Source: Eubacteriales bacterium (GTDB taxonomy: Bacteria > Bacillota > Clostridia > Oscillospirales > JAAYXM01). Taken from it: a DNA stretch of 64,000 bases. Under the pieces are notes generated by a model, which was not told the origin of the DNA, made no database searches, and saw nothing but the letters and a program-made list of their open reading frames with translations. Position numbers and translations under genes: made by a program. The stretch is from contig JAZNAQ010000020.1 in assembly GCA_045586595.1 (NCBI GenBank), positions 281 to 64,280 on the forward strand. The letters run 5' to 3'. Numbering within the stretch: position 1 is the stretch's first letter; the number at the start of each line of letters is the position of its first letter. Positions 43,218 through 52,633 of this stretch are shown here, piece by piece.

Positions 43218-43790
43218 ATGGAAATTTCCAAACTTATCATCTCAACTATTCTGTCACTGACCCTTTGTCTTTCCTTATCCTCTTGTACGACCTATAGTAA
43301 CTATGAGATGCTTTATGACGAATTAGAGAGCGACTATAACAAATTAGAAGAGGATTATCTAAATCAAAAAGCACGGACTGAAGAAGTTTCGGAGAATTAT
43401 GCCGGCATAATAGAGTATTATGAATTGCTTTGCAAAGAATATGGATTTTTAACTTACGAACAAGCATACGACAGTGATTATTATTATGTTGAGCCGGGTG
43501 CTTTGATTTATCATACTGATTTCTATTGCAAAAAAGCAAATTCTTCAAATTTGCAAATTGTTGATATTTTCTTATATTCCTCATTAGAAGAATGTGCCGA
43601 ATGTGATGCAGCCAAATATGATATACGCCTAGCAGACCCAGTCACAAAGTTGTATCACCACACAGACGAAGCTTGCGCTCCGCATTTTACCAAAGATTTT
43701 AAAACTATTTCCACGCCGTATATTGCAACCACTGAACAGAAAGCAAAAGAAATGAAATACGCTCCCTGCCCTATATGTATGCCCAAATAG
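43218..43790 (+). CDS. Lipoprotein with two YH..C...CxxC motifs
   Basis: Lipobox LSLSSC. IYHTDFYC...ECAEC and LYHHTDEAC...PCPIC. Confidence 0.6.
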   Translation: MEISKLIISTILSLTLCLSLSSCTTYSNYEMLYDELESDYNKLEEDYLNQKARTEEVSENYAGIIEYYELLCKEYGFLTYEQAYDSDYYYVEPGALIYHTDFYCKKANSSNLQIVDIFLYSSLEECAECDAAKYDIRLADPVTKLYHHTDEACAPHFTKDFKTISTPYIATTEQKAKEMKYAPCPICMPK

Positions 43791-43901
43791 CGCAACCCAG
43801 TATGTATTATCGCAAAGCCGTCTATTTTTATAATTACATTATAGAAAAAGGAGAGTTCCCGCTCTCCTCTGAATTCAAAATTTTTACGGACGTGATTTTA
43901 A

Positions 43902-44432
43902 ATGAAGAAGATACTATCAGGAGTAGCAATAGCACTAATTATCCTTTTGGGTATGATTTGGATAGATAGCAAACTGTCTGCTCCCGCTCCGAATAATGCC
44001 ACATCAGAAACGGAAGAAGCCGCCCCCCTGCCGCCTTTAGCTAACGAATTATCCACAGCTATTGCCGAAAAAACTCCCGCACTTGCCGATGTAACTTACA
44101 AGGATGGAGTATATTCTTTAACAGCCACATACCATACATCCGATGACATAGCCTCTTTCGGCAACTATGTTTTAGACATTCACAACATTTTTATAGACCT
44201 TTTGCCCGATAGTGAACAAGGAAGCTTTGAATTGCTATGTTTTATCCATAGCGGCACAGAAAATGTTGATGCAATCACATTCAACAGCCTCTATTATATC
44301 GCGGGAAATGATGAACTACGCGGTATCATAACAGATTCACGAAGTGGCTCTGTTGAAGCCAAAACCATTAACAGCAAAGAGGACCTGTTTACCCTTTTCC
44401 CTGCTGCAAAACTCTATGCCGCAGAAGAATAA
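43902..44432 (+). CDS. Membrane-anchored/secreted hypothetical protein
   Basis: 176 aa with an N-terminal signal-anchor MKKILSGVAIALIILLGMIWI. No clear RBS. Confidence 0.45.
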   Translation: MKKILSGVAIALIILLGMIWIDSKLSAPAPNNATSETEEAAPLPPLANELSTAIAEKTPALADVTYKDGVYSLTATYHTSDDIASFGNYVLDIHNIFIDLLPDSEQGSFELLCFIHSGTENVDAITFNSLYYIAGNDELRGIITDSRSGSVEAKTINSKEDLFTLFPAAKLYAAEE

Positions 44433-44458
44433 AACTTTCAAGAAAGGAGCCGGCGCCG

Positions 44459-46027
44459 ATGGCAAAGAAAACAGAAACAAACCCGCTGTTGAAAAACATC
44501 GGTGTCTGCTACGCTCGTTACAGCAGTCATAACCAAAAGGATGCGAGCATCGAACAGCAGGTAGCGGCTTGTCAGAAGAAGGCCCAAGAACTCGAGATAT
44601 CTTTAATAGAGTCATATGAGGACCGTGCCGTATCCGGAAGAACAGACAAAAGGCCCAGCTTCCAAAGAATGATGCGAGATGCTGAAAAGGGTAAATTTGC
44701 ATATGTCATAGCTTGGAAATCAAACCGCATGGGCAGAAATATGCTTGAGGCTATGATGAACGAAGCAAAGCTTCAATCTTGGGGAATACGAATTCTTTAT
44801 GTCGAAGAGGATTTCGATGATACAGCTGCTGGTCGATTTGCTCTCCGTTCCATGATGAATGTCAACCAATTCTATTCGGAAAACATGGCGGAAGATATCC
44901 GCCGAGGAATGAAAGACAATGCTCTCAACTGCAAAGTGACAAACGGCACACTTCCTTTCGGATATAAGGCAGACGAAAATTTGAAGTATGTAGTAGATGA
45001 GCCTAAAGCTGCTATCGTTCGTGAGATTTTTTCGCGGGTGCTTTGTGGCGAGCCTTTCGCTGATATTTACAGCGACTTAAATAGACGCGGCATAAAAACC
45101 TCTCGCGGGAATGAGTGGCACAAAAACAGTTTCGATTCAATATTAAAAAACGAGAGATACCGAGGTATCTATATTTTCGATGACATAAGAGTTGAGGGGG
45201 GTATCCCTCGAATTGTAAGTGATGAATTGTTTTTTGGTGTGCAGGAGGTGTTGAAAACGAAGAAAAATGCACAGGGTAGACATCGAGTATATGGAGATTA
45301 TCTTTTAACCGGAAAACTCTATTGCGGCAACTGTAAATCTCCTATGGTCGGTGTTTCCGGGACATCGAGAAACAGTCTTTTGCACCATTACTATGTATGC
45401 AAAAAAAAGAGAACTGAACATCTATGTAACAAAAAGAATGTTCGCCGTGATGAAATTGAGCTGGCTGTTGCTCAGGCTATAAAAGATTATGCCCTGCAAT
45501 CTGATGTAATTGAGTGGATTGCTGACAGCACAGTAGCATATAATAAGAAGCAAGAAGAATCCTCACATATAGGCATATTGGAAACCCAATTATCCGAAAC
45601 AAAAAAATCTATTAAAAACATGATGACTGCCATAGAGCAGGGCATTATAACAGCTACAACAAAAGCGCGGCTGATGGAGTTGGAAGCCGAGCAGTCAAAC
45701 ATCGCGGCACAAATATCGGCCGCAAAAGCTGACATCATAACCGTTTCGCGCAAGGATGTTATCGCAGGACTTTCAATGTTCCGCGATGGAGATGTTCACG
45801 ACAAGAAATATCAAGCTAAGCTTTTCGACACTTTTCTTGTTGCTGTATATCTGTTCGATAACGAACTGAAAATAGTATTTGGCTTTAGCGGGAAGAAAAA
45901 CAGTGTCACTTTACCCCTCGATATTTCTTCAGACGACCTCTCCTCTGCGTGTTCGTATAAAGCCTGTTCATCTCCACCACACCCTTGGACTGTTTCAAGG
46001 GTGTTTTTCTTTTTTAATATAATTTAG
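44459..46027 (+). CDS. Large serine recombinase (phage integrase)
   Basis: 522 aa. N-terminal resolvase catalytic domain CYARYSSHNQKDASIEQQ, a recombinase domain, a zinc ribbon CGNCKSP...YYVCKKK and a C-terminal coiled coil. Confidence 0.9.
   Translation: MAKKTETNPLLKNIGVCYARYSSHNQKDASIEQQVAACQKKAQELEISLIESYEDRAVSGRTDKRPSFQRMMRDAEKGKFAYVIAWKSNRMGRNMLEAMMNEAKLQSWGIRILYVEEDFDDTAAGRFALRSMMNVNQFYSENMAEDIRRGMKDNALNCKVTNGTLPFGYKADENLKYVVDEPKAAIVREIFSRVLCGEPFADIYSDLNRRGIKTSRGNEWHKNSFDSILKNERYRGIYIFDDIRVEGGIPRIVSDELFFGVQEVLKTKKNAQGRHRVYGDYLLTGKLYCGNCKSPMVGVSGTSRNSLLHHYYVCKKKRTEHLCNKKNVRRDEIELAVAQAIKDYALQSDVIEWIADSTVAYNKKQEESSHIGILETQLSETKKSIKNMMTAIEQGIITATTKARLMELEAEQSNIAAQISAAKADIITVSRKDVIAGLSMFRDGDVHDKKYQAKLFDTFLVAVYLFDNELKIVFGFSGKKNSVTLPLDISSDDLSSACSYKACSSPPHPWTVSRVFFFFNII
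45970..45979 (+). repeat. attR core candidate (ATCTCCACCA)
   Basis: Identical to the tRNA-Ala 3' end at 13130-13139. It lies inside the last 20 codons of the recombinase ORF. Confidence 0.5.
45980..46016 (+). terminator. Terminator (probably the original tRNA-Ala terminator)
   Basis: Stem CACCCTTG/CAAGGGTG followed by TTTTTCTTTTTT, immediately after the att core. Confidence 0.6.
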
Positions 46028-46039
46028 GATGTGTAAGAT

Positions 46040-47431
46040 ATGGAAAGTAAGTTTGAAAGAAGGTATGGGCTTTTCACCGCCATATGTCTGGTTGTCGGAA
46101 TTGTTATCGGCAGCGGTGTATTTTTTAAAGCGCAGGAAATTTTAGAAAAGACCGGTGGCAATATGCCCCTCGGAATTATCGCATGGATAATCGGCGGGTT
46201 AGTTATGCTTTCCTGTGTTCTCGCCTTTTCACTTATGGCGCAGAAGTATGAAAAGGTAAACGGAGTGGTTGACTATGCAGAGGCTACACTCGGCAAAAGC
46301 TATGCGTATTTTTTAGGTTGGTTTATGACGGTTTTCTACTACCCCACACTCACAATGGCTCTTTCATGGCTTTCTGCAAGATACACGCTCGTATTTATCA
46401 CATCGGTAAACCCCGATTTTCCGCTACTCATCCCCGCCGCCGAGGGCGGGTGCGCAGTCGGCCCCGAGTGCATGGTGCTCGCACTTCTTTATATGGTGCT
46501 CGCATTTTCAACAAACGCGCTCTCCCCTCGCCTTGCAGGAAAGCTCCAGGTAAGCACAACAATCATAAAGCTTATCCCCCTTAGTGTTATGGCGGTCGGC
46601 GGGATAGTATACGGTATAGCAAGCGGAGGGCTTGCACACAACTTCACCACGCCCGCAACTGTGCACAACATTGTTCGTAATCCCCTACTCTCCTCGGTCT
46701 GTGCAACAGCTTTTGCATATGAGGGCTGGATTATAGCCACCTCAATCAACGCCGAGCTTAAAAACTCAAAGCGAAATCTCCCCATAGCTCTTATATCGGG
46801 CTGTTTTATAATTATTGCGGTATACGTCCTCTACTTTATCGGTGTGGCAGGCGGCGCATCAAACCAGGAGCTTATTGACCACGGCGCAACGGTTGCCTTT
46901 ACAAATCTTTTCGGCAACGTATTGGGCAATATACTAAATCTGTTTATTGCCGTTTCTTGTATCGGTACACTCAACGGGCTTATGCTCGGGTGCAGCCGCG
47001 GCGTATACTCGCTCGCCGCAAGAAACGAAGGGCCGAAGCCGGAGATATTCGGAACCATCGACCAAAACACAAACATGGCTACAAACTCAGCCGTATTCGG
47101 TCTTATAACCTGTGCTGTATGGCTTGTATATTTCTTTTTTTCAAACCTTGCCGGAACATGGTCGGGTGTGTTTGTCTTTGACCCGACAGAGTTGCCCATT
47201 CTGACTATGTACGCACTTTATATACCAATATTCGTTGCGTGGATTGCTAAATCAAAAGAAGAAAACATTATACGCCGTTTTATAATTCCCATTATAGCGA
47301 TAGGCGCGTCAATATTTATGATTTATGCCACAATCCTCGCCCACGGTGCTGAATGTATATGGTATCTTATTGTATTCGGAGTTCTTATGTTTATTGGTGC
47401 CCTTGTTAAAAACCCAAAACGAAATTCATAG
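46040..47431 (+). CDS. APC-family amino acid permease
   Basis: 463 aa with 12 predicted TM helices and an N-terminal GIVIGSGVFFK motif. Confidence 0.75.
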   Translation: MESKFERRYGLFTAICLVVGIVIGSGVFFKAQEILEKTGGNMPLGIIAWIIGGLVMLSCVLAFSLMAQKYEKVNGVVDYAEATLGKSYAYFLGWFMTVFYYPTLTMALSWLSARYTLVFITSVNPDFPLLIPAAEGGCAVGPECMVLALLYMVLAFSTNALSPRLAGKLQVSTTIIKLIPLSVMAVGGIVYGIASGGLAHNFTTPATVHNIVRNPLLSSVCATAFAYEGWIIATSINAELKNSKRNLPIALISGCFIIIAVYVLYFIGVAGGASNQELIDHGATVAFTNLFGNVLGNILNLFIAVSCIGTLNGLMLGCSRGVYSLAARNEGPKPEIFGTIDQNTNMATNSAVFGLITCAVWLVYFFFSNLAGTWSGVFVFDPTELPILTMYALYIPIFVAWIAKSKEENIIRRFIIPIIAIGASIFMIYATILAHGAECIWYLIVFGVLMFIGALVKNPKRNS

Positions 47432-47472
47432 TAAATGACCATATTATTTATGAAATATAACGGAGGTTTCAT

Positions 47473-48003
47473 ATGAAAAAAACTTGTATATTACTTGCCG
47501 CATTTATAACTTTCTCTATTTTTTCAGCATGTGGCGACAGCTCGCAGAAGGACTTGATTTTGCCGGAGGCGAAAAACGATTACACCTACACGGTTTTAGA
47601 TGATACCAAGAAGGAAGGTCTTACATGCTCGCTTGAAGTGCGCTGTGACGATGCCCTCAACCACGAATTGCTCTCGGACGAAAAACGGGAAAACCTACCT
47701 GAAGATGGTGCAATTATTTCAAAATGTGATATACAGTTTACAGAGGGAGCGTCTATTCTCGACATTCTACTACGCGAGGCTCAGGCTCGCAAAATACATA
47801 TCGAATTTGCAAAGTCTCCGATATATAACTCAACTTATATCAAAGGCATAGCAAACCTGTATGAATTTGATTGCGGAGCACTTTCCGGCTGGAGCTATAC
47901 TGTAAACGGCGAGATGCCGCTTGTTGACTGCAGCCAGTATATAATAGAAAACGGTGACATCATTTCACTTACATATATCTGCGACTATGCATCAGCGCAA
48001 TAG
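47473..48003 (+). CDS. DUF4430-domain lipoprotein
   Basis: Lipobox FSACG. LSGWSYTVNGEMP...NGDIISLTY is DUF4430/transcobalamin-like. Confidence 0.6.
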   Translation: MKKTCILLAAFITFSIFSACGDSSQKDLILPEAKNDYTYTVLDDTKKEGLTCSLEVRCDDALNHELLSDEKRENLPEDGAIISKCDIQFTEGASILDILLREAQARKIHIEFAKSPIYNSTYIKGIANLYEFDCGALSGWSYTVNGEMPLVDCSQYIIENGDIISLTYICDYASAQ

Positions 48004-48035
48004 ACTTAAAACGAAATCCCCGAGGTGATACGCAA

Positions 48036-49796
48036 ATGAAAACCCACGTTCAAGGAAAAAGCACGCGATACCTCATGTCGCGCTTTGTGCCCTATTTTAA
48101 AAAGTACAAACTTGTGCTTGTGCTCGACCTTTTCTGTGCCATGCTCACAACACTTTGCGACATCATTCTTCCGCTTATTGTCAGACACCTGACAACACTT
48201 GGAATGAATGATATAGGTGCATTGAACGCCCGCGTTATACTCTCTGCGGGGGCGCTCTATCTGGGTCTTCGCATTATAGATGTTCTTGCAAATTACTTCA
48301 TGCAGGATGTCGGCCACGTTATGGGCGCAAAAATTGAGACGGATATGCGCCGAGACCTGTTCTCACATCTGCAAGAGCTTTCATACTCATACTACAGCAA
48401 CACAAAGGTCGGCCAGCTTATGGCGAGGATTACAAGCGACCTATTTGATGTGACGGAATTTGCCCACCACTGCCCCGAAGAATTTTTTATTGCGGGAATA
48501 AAAATAGTGCTTTCGTTTGTAATACTGTGCTCAACAGATGTATGGCTTACACTCATCATCTTTGCAATTATCCCCGTTATGATATTCTGTTCTACCAGAT
48601 TTAACCGCCGGATGCGCCGTGCGTTTAAGCGCTCACGCAACCAGCTGGGAGAGATTAATGCTCAGGTAGAAGATTCGCTTTTAGGTATACGCGTTGTAAA
48701 GTCCTTTGCAAACGAGGACATCGAAAAAGAAAAGTTTGAAAGCGGAAACGCAGAGTTTCTTGACACAAAGAAAGAAACCTATAAGTATATGGCGGGCTTT
48801 GGGAGTTCTAACCGCTTCTTTGACGGGCTTATGTATATCGTTGTAGTTGTTGCAGGCTCATTCTTTATGATGTACGGTCGCATTACACCTGCCGACTTTA
48901 TGGCATATCTTCTGTATGTCACAACACTTCTTACATCAATACGCAGAATTGTTGAGTTTACCGAGCAGTTTCAACGCGGCATGACAGGCATTGAGCGATT
49001 TGTTGAGGTTCTTGACGAACCTGTAGAAATTAAAGACTGTGAAAACGCAACCGAGCTTTCTGATATTTCAGGAGATATTGACTTTAAGGATGTAAGTTTT
49101 CGCTACTCTGACGGTGAAGCTGCTGTTCTCTCAAACATAAACCTTCACATAAAACGCGGCGAGAACGTTGCGCTCGTAGGCCCATCGGGTGCCGGCAAAA
49201 CAACGCTATGCAACCTCATCCCCCGTTTTTATGATGTTACCGAGGGCTCTATATCAATAGACGGCACAGACATCCGCTCTGTTACCACAAAATCTCTGCG
49301 TTCACAGATAGGCATTGTTCAGCAGGATGTATACCTCTTTGCAGGCACGGTATATGACAACATTGAATACGGTAAGCCCGGGGCAACACGCGAGGAAATC
49401 GAGAATGCCGCACGCCTTGCCGGCGCACACGAGTTTATCACCCAACTTCCCGACGGTTATGAAACATTTGTCGGCGAGCGCGGTGTAAAGCTCTCAGGGG
49501 GGCAGAAACAGAGAATCAGCATAGCGCGTGTATTTCTCAAAAACCCGCCCGTACTAATTCTTGACGAAGCGACAAGCGCACTCGATAACGAGAGCGAACA
49601 CATTGTCCAACGCTCACTCGCAGAGCTTGCAAAAGGGCGCACCACACTCACCATTGCGCACAGGCTTACAACCATAAGAAATGCGACAGCAATACTCGTT
49701 CTGACAGAGGACGGAATAGCTGAAAGCGGAAGTCACGACGACCTTATGAAAAAACAGGGCTTATACTTTAACCTTTATAATATGTATAATGTTTAG
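48036..49796 (+). CDS. ABC exporter, fused permease/ATPase (MsbA-like)
   Basis: 586 aa. Walker A GPSGAGKTT, signature LSGGQKQR, Walker B LILDEATSALD. Confidence 0.85.
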   Translation: MKTHVQGKSTRYLMSRFVPYFKKYKLVLVLDLFCAMLTTLCDIILPLIVRHLTTLGMNDIGALNARVILSAGALYLGLRIIDVLANYFMQDVGHVMGAKIETDMRRDLFSHLQELSYSYYSNTKVGQLMARITSDLFDVTEFAHHCPEEFFIAGIKIVLSFVILCSTDVWLTLIIFAIIPVMIFCSTRFNRRMRRAFKRSRNQLGEINAQVEDSLLGIRVVKSFANEDIEKEKFESGNAEFLDTKKETYKYMAGFGSSNRFFDGLMYIVVVVAGSFFMMYGRITPADFMAYLLYVTTLLTSIRRIVEFTEQFQRGMTGIERFVEVLDEPVEIKDCENATELSDISGDIDFKDVSFRYSDGEAAVLSNINLHIKRGENVALVGPSGAGKTTLCNLIPRFYDVTEGSISIDGTDIRSVTTKSLRSQIGIVQQDVYLFAGTVYDNIEYGKPGATREEIENAARLAGAHEFITQLPDGYETFVGERGVKLSGGQKQRISIARVFLKNPPVLILDEATSALDNESEHIVQRSLAELAKGRTTLTIAHRLTTIRNATAILVLTEDGIAESGSHDDLMKKQGLYFNLYNMYNV

Positions 49797-49831
49797 AAAA
49801 ACAGGCTGTGCCAAAAGCACAGCCTGTTTTT
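49796..49831. terminator. Bidirectional terminator between convergent genes
   Basis: Stem AACAGGCTGTGC/GCACAGCCTGTT flanked by A and T runs. Confidence 0.65.
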
Positions 49832-49842
49832 TATTTCTGTTA

Positions 49843-51483
49843 TTACTTATCAGGGAAAAGTTTTGCCGCGATTTTTTCACCCTTAGGAAGTCCTAACACA
49901 TCGTCCTTTGTTATTCCGCGAAGAAGTATCATTGCTGCAAAGTACACTACAACACCCGATGTGATAGAAGCCGCAACAGATACAAGATTTCCGACAAACG
50001 GAAGTGCAAGAGAATATACGAGATATACAGCGACACCCATAAGTGCGCAAGAGATTATCGGGCGTATATACGTCTCAACAAACTTCGGTTTAAACCCTAC
50101 AGTACGCGCAAGGAAGAACATATTAAGCACCGTTATAAGAACATAGCACAGAACAGTTCCCACTGCCGCACCCGAGAGCTCAACGCCAGGAATCGCAATG
50201 AGTATATAGTTTGCAACGATTTTTAACACTGCACCGCAAAGCATGGTCAAAAGCGGAACGGTAGCGCGACCCAATGCCTGCATTGAGGTTGACGTGAGCG
50301 ACGATGCACACAAGAAGAAAGAGGCTATACCGAGTATTGAGAGCACCGGTGCCGCTATTGCAACATCAGCTGCAGATTTGAACAGGATTGAAAGTATCGG
50401 CTTTGCGAGAACTGAAATTCCTACAGATGCAGGAAGTGTGAATATGATGACTATCCGCAGAGCAGAAAGCAGCGTTTTGTGAAGCTTTTCGCGGTCTCCT
50501 ACCGCGTACGCCGCCGATATCGTCGGCGTTACGCTGACATTAAGCGATATTATAATTGACGGAACAAGGTTAAACAGAGGAAGTGCATAATTCTCATAAA
50601 TGCCAAAAAGCGATGTCGTCATTTCTGAATCATATCCAAGCAACGCCAGACGATTTGTTATGAGGAACATATCTATCGTGCTTGTGATGTTCATAACAAG
50701 AGAGCCGAGTGTTACAGGAACGGCAATCTTCAAAAGTGCCGATAGAATTTGTGAGCTTTTTCTTACTTCCCCGCCGTTATCTGAAAGCCTCCCCTCAACA
50801 CGTCGCTTGTGGACGGCAAAGAATATCATCAACAGCACCGTTAGTACAGTTCCTACGGTTATTCCCGTTATAATTCCCGCCGATATGTACTTGCCGCTAA
50901 AACCACGAGAGAGAAGAAGCCATGCGAGCAGGAGTCCTATAAAAAGCCTTGAGAGCGCCTCTATTATCTGAGAAATGCCGGTCGGCACCATGTTCTCGTG
51001 GCCTTGAAAATACCCTCGAAACGCCGCGGTGCACGCCATAAAAAGCACCGCAGGCGCAAGTGCAATTATGCTCGGTACTGCGTTAATGTCATTTGTTGCG
51101 AGAGCCAAAGGCTTAGCAAAGATAATGAGCGTAAGCATCCCCACAAGACCGATGGTAAGACAGAGCCCCATTGCGGTCTTGAAAATCTTGTTCGTCTCAC
51201 GCGGTCTGTCAAGCGCGCGGCTTTCGGATATCATCTTGGATATAGCTATCGGGATACCTGCTGTGGCAATCGTAAGCAGTATAGAATAGTATCTGTACGC
51301 CATACTGTACAGTCCCATGGTATACTCTCCGACGAGATTGGTGAGCGGTATGCGGAAAACCGCGCCAATAATCTTAACTATAATACTTGATGCCGCAAGA
51401 ATAATCGCACCCTTTACGAATGATGCTTCTTTTTTATTAGACAATTCTTTCACCCTTTTATCTGTGTTACTGTATAATATCAA
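49843..51483 (-). CDS. MOP-superfamily flippase (polysaccharide biosynthesis / SpoVB-MurJ-like)
   Basis: 546 aa with about 14 TM helices and N-terminus FVKGAIILAASSIIVKIIGAVFRIPLTNLVG. Confidence 0.7.
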   Translation of the reverse strand: MILYSNTDKRVKELSNKKEASFVKGAIILAASSIIVKIIGAVFRIPLTNLVGEYTMGLYSMAYRYYSILLTIATAGIPIAISKMISESRALDRPRETNKIFKTAMGLCLTIGLVGMLTLIIFAKPLALATNDINAVPSIIALAPAVLFMACTAAFRGYFQGHENMVPTGISQIIEALSRLFIGLLLAWLLLSRGFSGKYISAGIITGITVGTVLTVLLMIFFAVHKRRVEGRLSDNGGEVRKSSQILSALLKIAVPVTLGSLVMNITSTIDMFLITNRLALLGYDSEMTTSLFGIYENYALPLFNLVPSIIISLNVSVTPTISAAYAVGDREKLHKTLLSALRIVIIFTLPASVGISVLAKPILSILFKSAADVAIAAPVLSILGIASFFLCASSLTSTSMQALGRATVPLLTMLCGAVLKIVANYILIAIPGVELSGAAVGTVLCYVLITVLNMFFLARTVGFKPKFVETYIRPIISCALMGVAVYLVYSLALPFVGNLVSVAASITSGVVVYFAAMILLRGITKDDVLGLPKGEKIAAKLFPDK

Positions 51484-52603
51484 GAATCATTACAATCTGA
51501 CGAATTCTGTCCTCTGTCTCTCGAAAAACTTCATAGAAACCATATTTTTTATAGAAGTCATATGCGGCGGCGTTTTTCTCAGCCACGCGCACACTGATGT
51601 GTTTTTTGCCCATGGCGCGGTACTTGCTTATTGCATGACCAATAAGCTGTATTCCGTATCTCATGCGCCTGTACTCTGGCTTTAAATAAACAAGTGGTAT
51701 ATGGCCTGCGCAAGGATAGAGCGTTATATCATCATCAAGCTCTATCATTCCAATTTCACCCTCAGCGCAATACCCAAAAGCTATATTTCTCTCATCCTGA
51801 CGCAAAACTCGCTTAGCCTTTGCATCAACAGCTTTCATACCGACCGGCTCGTCGCCGAATATATCAAGCCACGCCTCAAGATGGTAGTCGCGGATTTTCT
51901 CTTTATCTCTCGGGAGACGCGCAAACTCAAACCAAACGTTCTTACCGCCACCTTCTCGTACCCAACGCATATTCTCGCCAAAACCGGGCATTGCGCGAAG
52001 GTGTGAGTTATCATTTCTGAAAACCTCTGTATACTCGCCGTTTTTCCATCGAAAACAGCTTACACAGGTATTATCGCCCCAATCGCCCTTTTCAACCCCT
52101 GAAAGGTCTCCTCCATGAGTTATGCCGTGCATCAGCAAGCGTATTGTCGCACCGTGGCTGACAATCGCTATTGTCTTCCCTTCGTTTTCTGATACTACTC
52201 TGTCGAGTGCGGTTTTGGCTCTTGCGTAAACATCTGCATAGCTTTCACTCTCAGAGAGCTTAAACTTAATCGGATTGTTAGTCCAATTCTCATAGGCATC
52301 AGGAAAAAGCGCAGGTATCTCTCCCCACGGCAGGTCTTCCCACTCTCCCAGAAAAATTTCGCGAAAAGCTGAGTCCTTATTAAGCTTGAGACCCTTTGGC
52401 TTATATATTGCGCCTGCGGTTTCACAGGTGCGAATAAGGTCGCTCGAATATACCACGTCTATTTTTATATTTTCAAAACGCTTCTCGAGACACTTTATCT
52501 GTTCATATCCCTTCGGTGTAACGAGACCGTCATACCAGCCGTACGCACGCCTGGTAAGGTTTCCGAAAGACTCGGCATGGCGAATTAAATATATTTCGGT
52601 TAT
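51467..52603 (-). CDS. Histidine phosphatase (PGM-like) fused to a GNAT acetyltransferase; start codon unresolved
   Basis: The track ORF starts at GTG 52456. The in-frame upstream sequence encodes IYLIRHAESFGN (the catalytic RHG-type motif) with only ATA (52603) or CTG (52630) as candidate starts. The C-terminal half has a GNAT-like RRMRYGIQLI segment. Confidence 0.55.
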   Translation of the reverse strand: MTEIYLIRHAESFGNLTRRAYGWYDGLVTPKGYEQIKCLEKRFENIKIDVVYSSDLIRTCETAGAIYKPKGLKLNKDSAFREIFLGEWEDLPWGEIPALFPDAYENWTNNPIKFKLSESESYADVYARAKTALDRVVSENEGKTIAIVSHGATIRLLMHGITHGGDLSGVEKGDWGDNTCVSCFRWKNGEYTEVFRNDNSHLRAMPGFGENMRWVREGGGKNVWFEFARLPRDKEKIRDYHLEAWLDIFGDEPVGMKAVDAKAKRVLRQDERNIAFGYCAEGEIGMIELDDDITLYPCAGHIPLVYLKPEYRRMRYGIQLIGHAISKYRAMGKKHISVRVAEKNAAAYDFYKKYGFYEVFRETEDRIRQIVMILDIIQ

Positions 52604-52633
52604 ACCGTCCGCCCCCTTTTTACATAGCAGGTC

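Larger units (their letters stand above)
13140..45979. mobile_element. Integrated prophage (~32.8 kb, podovirus-like gene set) at the 3' end of tRNA-Ala
   Basis: A contiguous phage gene set (lysis, terminase, portal, capsid, replication, repressors, serine recombinase) bounded by a tRNA on the left and by a 10-bp repeat plus a host-type terminator on the right. Confidence 0.85.
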
